Assembly: GCA_020137815.1 (NCBI GenBank)
Contig: CM035357.1
Coordinates: forward strand, 2,604,001 to 2,668,000
Source of the DNA: Hormiphora californensis
Lineage: Eukaryota > Animalia > Ctenophora
Direction of reading: 5' to 3'
DNA length: 64,000 nucleotides
Each line of letters begins with the position of its first letter. The stretch's first letter is position 1. Both the position numbers and the translations under genes were made by a program. Under the pieces are notes generated by a model, which worked only from the letters and a program-made list of their open reading frames with translations, did not search any database and was not told where the DNA came from. This document shows positions 58,901-64,000 of this stretch, piece by piece.

Positions 58901-61383
58901 TAACAGCCCTAACACTTCTAAACGAGTATAGAGGCACAGCAAACTCTCGTTTCCGGCGCAACGGCCAAAATCTCGAGTTCGCTTTTCGTGATTTTAGCAC
59001 TAGAGTCCGCTTACCGTTCTTGCATACCGGGTGTTTGCTAGACGTTGATGCGCTCACGAGACGACAATAAGATTTTGACAGCAAACATCATATATCATCA
59101 TACATAATCTCACTGTAATCAGTGAGAAAGTTTAGTTTTCTAAACTTTCTCACTGATTATGCGGCTAATAAACAATCAACCGATCCTTATATTATTATTC
59201 TTTCACCTTCACCAGAGTCCCTCAATCAGGGGGGGGATCAACACTTAACTGCATGACACTCATGCCGATAACTGCCAAACTTTCAAAAATTTTTTGACAC
59301 CCACCACCCCAAAGTTCCAAATTTAACTGCCGCCTCATCTGAAAATGTAGACCCACCCCCCAAATCTAGCTAAAAGGGAGCTCAAAATAGCACGAAAGAC
59401 ACTGAGAGACTTATATACTGTGTCTAAAATCAACTGCCATCAACTAAGAACAACACAGACCAGTAAAAGGTAATGGATCCGAATTCCGAATTGTTTAGTA
59501 TGAGACACTTAGAGTGGTGCATAGATAAAAAATGTTCGCCACACACATGTGAAAGGCGCGCAAAAAAAACAAGCGCACACAAAAGGGGGTTGAAAACTTC
59601 AACAAATTGGCCTTTAAGAGCAGTTATTTAAATTTTCACCATATAAACACCCCTAGACCCCCTATTTTTAGGCAGTTAAGTGTATAACTTAACTGCCGGA
59701 CCCAGCTCGTACACCCACCCACCCTAACTGGCATGAGTGTCACGCAGTTAAATCTTGATCCCCCCCCCCCCCCGCCTCAATAAACAACAGGAACCGACCG
59801 ACACAAGTAAACAACCAATCAGAACTCGTTGTTTAGGTCACGTGACTGGTTATCAGCCAATCAGGGACCAGTATTTCCTGATTCGGTCGGTTCCTCAGTA
59901 AACAATAAACTGATTATCAATAGGTTGTATTGCTGGATCCTCTGGATTATGGACGGGTGAAGAGTGTTGTGGAATGCCCACTTGATGTATCTCTTGTCAC
60001 CCCACATAATAACACATCCTCAAGCCAGGTACATATACCTGGTAACTATAGTAATTATTGCCCTTATTTGGACATGAATTCCTGTTGTCTAGCTGGTAAT
60101 CAGCTAGTTTGATACCCCAGTCATCACTTGTTTAAACTGAAATGAGGTATCTGAAGGTCATACCCGACTAACACACGTCCCACTCTTTTCAGACGCATCT
60201 AAACCTCCAAGTCCACAGTCTAACTAAGCCGGTAAAACATCTCTCCATACCCTTCTCTAAGTTTGGAGTGTCCCGTGGGAGATTGATATCACGTGGAAAA
60301 TATGATGTTGTTAGGAGACATGTTCAATGTGAGGGAGGGGAGCTGGTTCCCATTACAATTGTAGGTGAGTTGGAAGGGAGGTGAATCAGGCGGCGGGAGA
60401 GAGTAGAATGGTAGAGACACAAAAGGCCCCGGGGTGCTTGCCAGTGCTGTGATATCCCTTGCTATTAGCAGTCTCATGAACTCTCACCATTCACCCCCCC
60501 CCCCCCTTGATAAAAGAAAGGGAACCCTTCCCCTACCCAATTAATGAAGAGTGTTTCTACTTTCAGGTGACCGGGAGCTCGTGGAATCCCAATCCCCTAC
60601 TATCTTCATGACATATGGTTGCTATGGCGAGAGTTTACAACTCGCATACGAGTCCCTACCCCATAAATTGCTCGATGAGGGGTGGAAGGTTGTGCTGTGC
60701 CATGTCCGAGGCGGCGGGGAACAGGGCAGGGACTGGTACCTACAGGTTTTACTAAATTCTACAAAATCTTACTAAATCTTACTAAATTCTACTAAATTCT
60801 ACTAAAGTTTTTCTAGTTTACTAAATTTTACTAAATATTTCAGGGTGTTGGACCCAACAAGAGGACTGCCATTCTGGACACTTTATCCTGCATCCAATAC
60901 TGTCACAACTCCTCCCTCTCCTCCCCCTCCACATCAGTCCTCCAATCTCTCTCAGCAGGCACCCTAGTTGCCACCCGTGCTGTTCAACATCACCCCGGTA
61001 TCATCTCAAAACTTGTCCTCCAACTGCCCTTCCTGGACCTCTCCACCGCCCTCTCACACCCTCTCCTACCGCTCACCCCCGAGGAAAGGGAGGAGTGGGA
61101 CGAAGCGGAATGCCCGGTTACCATGGCAACCAACAACTCCCTCGGTTGTCAGGTCTACATAACGGCGGGTGAGGGTGACAGGCGGACACCCGTTTGGCAT
61201 GCAGCCAACTTTGTGGCAGCCCTACCGTTAGATCAGGATCGTATCTGGGTACATGTGATAGAGGGTGGGGAGCATGGTATGGATAATGAGGCTCATGAGA
61301 TGGAGATGGAGTTTGTCAGGAGGCAGGATGGGTGGAATCTACCAACGTGGCTCAAACAATCTTTTTCGTATTTCAAATCTTAA
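51585..61383 (+). CDS. PREPL: Prolyl oligopeptidase family S9A, PREPL/oligopeptidase B-like (multi-exon)
   Basis: Mitochondrial-like N-terminus; C-terminal exons give YGCYGESL, CHVRGGGEQGRDWY, SLSAG (nucleophile), GEGDRRTP (Asp), EGGEHG (His); internal exon boundaries approximate. Confidence 0.8.
53200..53390. mobile_element. Noisy copy of the 'TVGPRFSG' MITE
   Basis: Repeated ttagtggcccc and aaatcgggg..caaactgta motifs. Confidence 0.6.
55096..56694 (-). CDS. Secreted multi-SRCR-domain protein nested antisense in a PREPL intron (3' end unreliable)
   Basis: Signal peptide; three repeats of VC..F....A..LCR.AG ... NCP..ASSL..C; (PTPA)n linker; a fourth domain runs into low-quality sequence. 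Confidence 0.85.
   Translation of the reverse strand: MMRLFLLIFLVTLVTLATTDTIGLIRLFNKGGNGGGNYVGVPMLRVDSDSHNTDTRVCHEGFGDNEANFLCRRAGFQKGGTSTTYGDLEEKYQFRGSSSWWNSYPGNITITNCPPNASSLSDCNHQYGGNCTLDDTVALKCNPDWELEKVELKRNVSSTVVSGSYGTVVITMRNTTDGSLKSRMSYYGAGQSSTGDFLCREAGYPLGAEDYGENGNKRNESLAEPFIGLQSALTWANCPAGTKDLSECKVGDKPFTNTYHWEKGDVVFCRTSSPTPAPTPAPTPAPTPAPTPAPTPAPTPTPGPWNSTITIETGHGLNSTKGTVVLTNQYTQKKGLMCGKDLDRHSADLVCREAGFRFAEAIAINYEVSKDDRLDCSYMKDNDIQPILTNVSCPRNASSLESCSTSPVDDGMCDADSGLHLTCTNDIPPSSVWDLVDITLARNPGGGHMPENVVWNGNFGTAIATLHSRENGTFSEVWFPACLQRGPPGNTPNPCASPFLDPWTSTPLPRLQEKQGGKWRKNHGKRFSPLGV
56762..56774 (-). promoter_or_regulatory. TATA box of the nested SRCR gene
   Basis: Minus strand ccTTATAAAAGca, about 70 bp upstream of the ATG. 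Confidence 0.5.
56967..57075. repeat. Short tandem repeat of a palindromic unit
   Basis: aacttataacactgggcagtgttataagtgaa x2 plus partial copies; a tandem duplication also at about 56783-56906. Confidence 0.85.
58812..59030. mobile_element. Inverted-repeat element containing telomere-like CTAACC repeats (Helentron/HINE-like)
   Basis: gcggactctagtgctaa / ttagcactagagtccgc enclosing ctaaccctaacc. Confidence 0.5.
59229..59768. mobile_element. MITE with G-rich ends (PIF/Harbinger-like)
   Basis: ggggggatcaacacttaactgcatgacactcatgcc / ggcatgagtgtcacgcagttaaatcttgatcccccc. Confidence 0.75.
59788..59896 (+). mobile_element. hAT-like MITE ('QPIRT' family)
   Basis: Near-identical to 23236-23344. Confidence 0.9.
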
Positions 61384-61533
61384 TTTTTGTGATTTTTGTG
61401 CTAGTTGCTAAGTAACTTTTCTGCCAGCGTAACTGTAGTAAAATCCTATACTGTGTGTTACTATCAGCATGCCCAGCTGGGCCTGCCTTGCTCCACCCTA
61501 GAACATAACAACATACCCCTTCTTTCTAGAATC

Positions 61534-64000
61534 ATGGAGGGAAGCTTTGCAATGCCAACATCCATCAGTAGGCGCGGTGGTCCTGCGATGAAGAACAAAG
61601 AAGAACCCAAGACTGCCGAGAAAAACTCAGAAGAAAAGGAGGTGGAAAAGAATGAAACTCAGGAAGTTGAGAAACCAATGGAGACTTCTGATGATACCCC
61701 TGCACAGACACCAAAAGAGACGGCTGATAAACCGAAGGAGGAGGTAGCCGTGTTGAACTATAAACCTCCAAAATGGAGCGGTTCTCCAGCATTTCCTTAC
61801 ACTTTGGAGGTGTTGAAAAATGGGAAAATACTTGACGAGGTAGATCTTTAAACTAAATCTAAATTAGATCTAAATTAAATTATCCTCATTTAAATGCATT
61901 TTAGAAAGCCCATAATACTTCATGCAATAAAACCATGGTAACCAACAGCAAGATGGGAGACAGTGAACAGAATCCCATCTTTACCATCTCATCTCTAATA
62001 ATGAACAACTATAATTTCAGGTTGACATCAGTTGTTCTGAGTTTGTTACAGTTGGACGGTTGCCAGATTGTGATGTCCCCTGTCTTCATCCCTCCATATC
62101 TCGGTATCACGCTGTGTTCCAGCACAGGTCACCCGAGCAGGACAAACCAGGCGGGGTGTTCCTATTTGATTTGGGTGGAAATTATGGAACCACGATTAAT
62201 AAAGTCAAGGTATCATGTTTTAGTATATCATAGGGTCAATATGTTTCTGACATATTGGGTGGATACTGAATACTTCTTAGCTGCCCACTGAAACCGTATC
62301 TCCTGACTCCTCCAGGTCAAAGCAAAGACGTACTATCAAATGAAAACGGGATATGTGATCAAATTTGGAGCCAGTACTCGTCTTTACATTGTCAAGGTAA
62401 TATGTATTAAAATTTAACTGCTCCTTCATAAAAACAACCATTGTTTTTTTTTACATGCTCCTTCATAAACACAGCCGTTCATTCCAGGGCCCACCAGATG
62501 AGGCATTTGATGATGAAGAGGAGATGGCAGAGGCGAAAGAAGAAGCCCGGGCTGCCGCTAATTCTACCGAGGCAAGAATCAAGAAACTTGGGGCCGTTGC
62601 TTCGGAGGAAGCTGAGATAATGCTGAGGATGTTCCGCCAGAGAGATGGGAAAGAGGAGGAGGAGAAGGAGGAGAATGTTGATGGAGTCAGCTGGATGGAG
62701 TCAGCTGGGGATTCAGGTACAGTGGGACCACTATTTTGCCTGGTAAATCGGAATTCCGGTAAATCGGGGTCCAACTACACATGGTACACCTGGTACCTGG
62801 TTCTTCGTCGTTCCCCCTTAGTTCGCACTGAAAAGTACACTTTTTAATTTAAAAACTCCATAACCCAGGGAAGACGCCAAGGATGAAGAGGAAGAGGGAG
62901 GGGGAGATGGGGAGTTAACTATTGACATGGCCAAAATGGCTCGACCTGCTGAGTTCAAAGATCCTAAGAAAACATTTAGGTATCTATGTTCACTATACTT
63001 CACCCCGCCTTTACATACTGTACTAGATTACCATTTGCAGAGGTTTCTTTGAACGTGATTTGTAACCATGGTAACCCCCTATTTAGAAGTTTCTTTGAAC
63101 GTGATTTGTAACCATGGTAACCCCCTATTTAGAAGTTTCTTTGAACGTGATTTGTAACCATGGTAACCCCCTATTTAGAAGTTTCTTTGAACGTGATTTG
63201 TAACCATGGTAACCCCCTATTTAGAAGTTTCTTTGAACGTGATTTGTAACCATGGTAACCCCCTATTTAGAGGTTTCTTTGAGCGTGAGGGGAGAGAACT
63301 GGACTACCAAGTTACCGAGGAGAGGACGGGTAAAAGTAGGCACTACGTTTGTAAGGTCGAGCTACCCATCGACACTACAGAACCGGTCTACGCTGAAGGT
63401 TAGCTTTTCTATTTCTACATCTGATTAGTAATTAATTACTGTTGTAATTCTCACCTTTACATCAATTTATGGGGCAAAATGTTCTGTATCTAGAATCTCA
63501 CAAGTTCTAATACAAACCTATATTCTCAGGTAGCAGTAGCAAGAAGAAGGATGCAGTGTTAGCGTGTGCATTGAACGGGTGTCACCTACTAGATGCATAT
63601 AACGTCCTCCGCACCTCCAGAAAGGGCAATGAAGATATTGAGACTCGAGGACAGAAACTCGCAAAGAACGATTTCTATGACAGGTTATTATTATTATTAT
63701 GACTAAGAAAATAATTTGAGTTAGAATTTTATCAGAGAAGTCTGGATCAACATAGAGAGGGCGCCTTGAAAACGTTATTTTCCGGGTTAGGGGATGGGGA
63801 ACTATAAATTTCAATCGGACGTACATCATGTTCAACTTGTAAATCCGGTCGCTGAATTACTTCTTTATTCTTATAGCGACGAAGATACGTTCACGGATCG
63901 AACCGGAGAGATCGAGATGAAAAGAAAGCGAAGGATGGTAAAAGCGGGAGTTAAAGATTCTGTTAACTCCTCCAAAACTCATGACATGCTCACTGGCGAG
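61534..64000 (+). CDS. SLC4A1AP: Kanadaptin (FHA + dsRBD), 5' part, continues past the window
   Basis: YKPPKWSG, LEVLKNG, VGRLPDCDVPCLHPSISRYHAVFQHR (FHA), KFGASTRLY, FFEREG..CKVELP, KKKDAVLACAL, DEDTFTDRTGEIE. Confidence 0.92.
63041..63270 (+). repeat. Five 46-bp tandem copies spanning a splice acceptor and exon start
   Basis: a(a/g)gtttctttgaacgtgatttgtaaccatggtaaccccctatttag x5, followed by the true exon aggtttctttgagcgtgag. Confidence 0.95.

Noticed and set aside
63705-63725. aaataatttgag resembling a recalled ctenophore spliced-leader 3' end
   Set aside because: Short AT-rich match in an intron, with no following GT donor or Sm site; probably chance

Overview
Eukaryotic (animal) genomic DNA, most likely a ctenophore such as Pleurobrachia. 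That call is inferred from the recurring 'QPIRTRYLGHVTG' and 'TVGPRFSG' repeat families and an intronless LDLa-GPCR. Stretches at about 1-1700 and 53150-55300 are homopolymer-rich, low-quality sequence. Genes read by hand, almost all on the + strand: the 3' exons of a GPI-anchored ephrin-like gene; three tandem double-F-box/LRR genes (one intact, one frameshifted, one split by a full-length APE-RT-RNase H non-LTR retrotransposon with an 11-bp TSD); RPP30; a TMEM186/70-like mitochondrial protein; a three-finger matrin-type zinc-finger gene; an LDLa-repeat GPCR; a small acidic protein; Aurora kinase; a two-dsRBD protein; mitochondrial 2Fe-2S ferredoxin; a PREPL-like S9 peptidase carrying a nested antisense SRCR gene; and the 5' part of kanadaptin (SLC4A1AP). 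Many MITEs are present, some nested. The most notable features are two operon-like same-strand gene runs with splice acceptors just upstream of the ATGs (candidate SL trans-spliced polycistrons), an array of about 30 RFX X-box motifs, and repeated tandem duplications of splice junctions.
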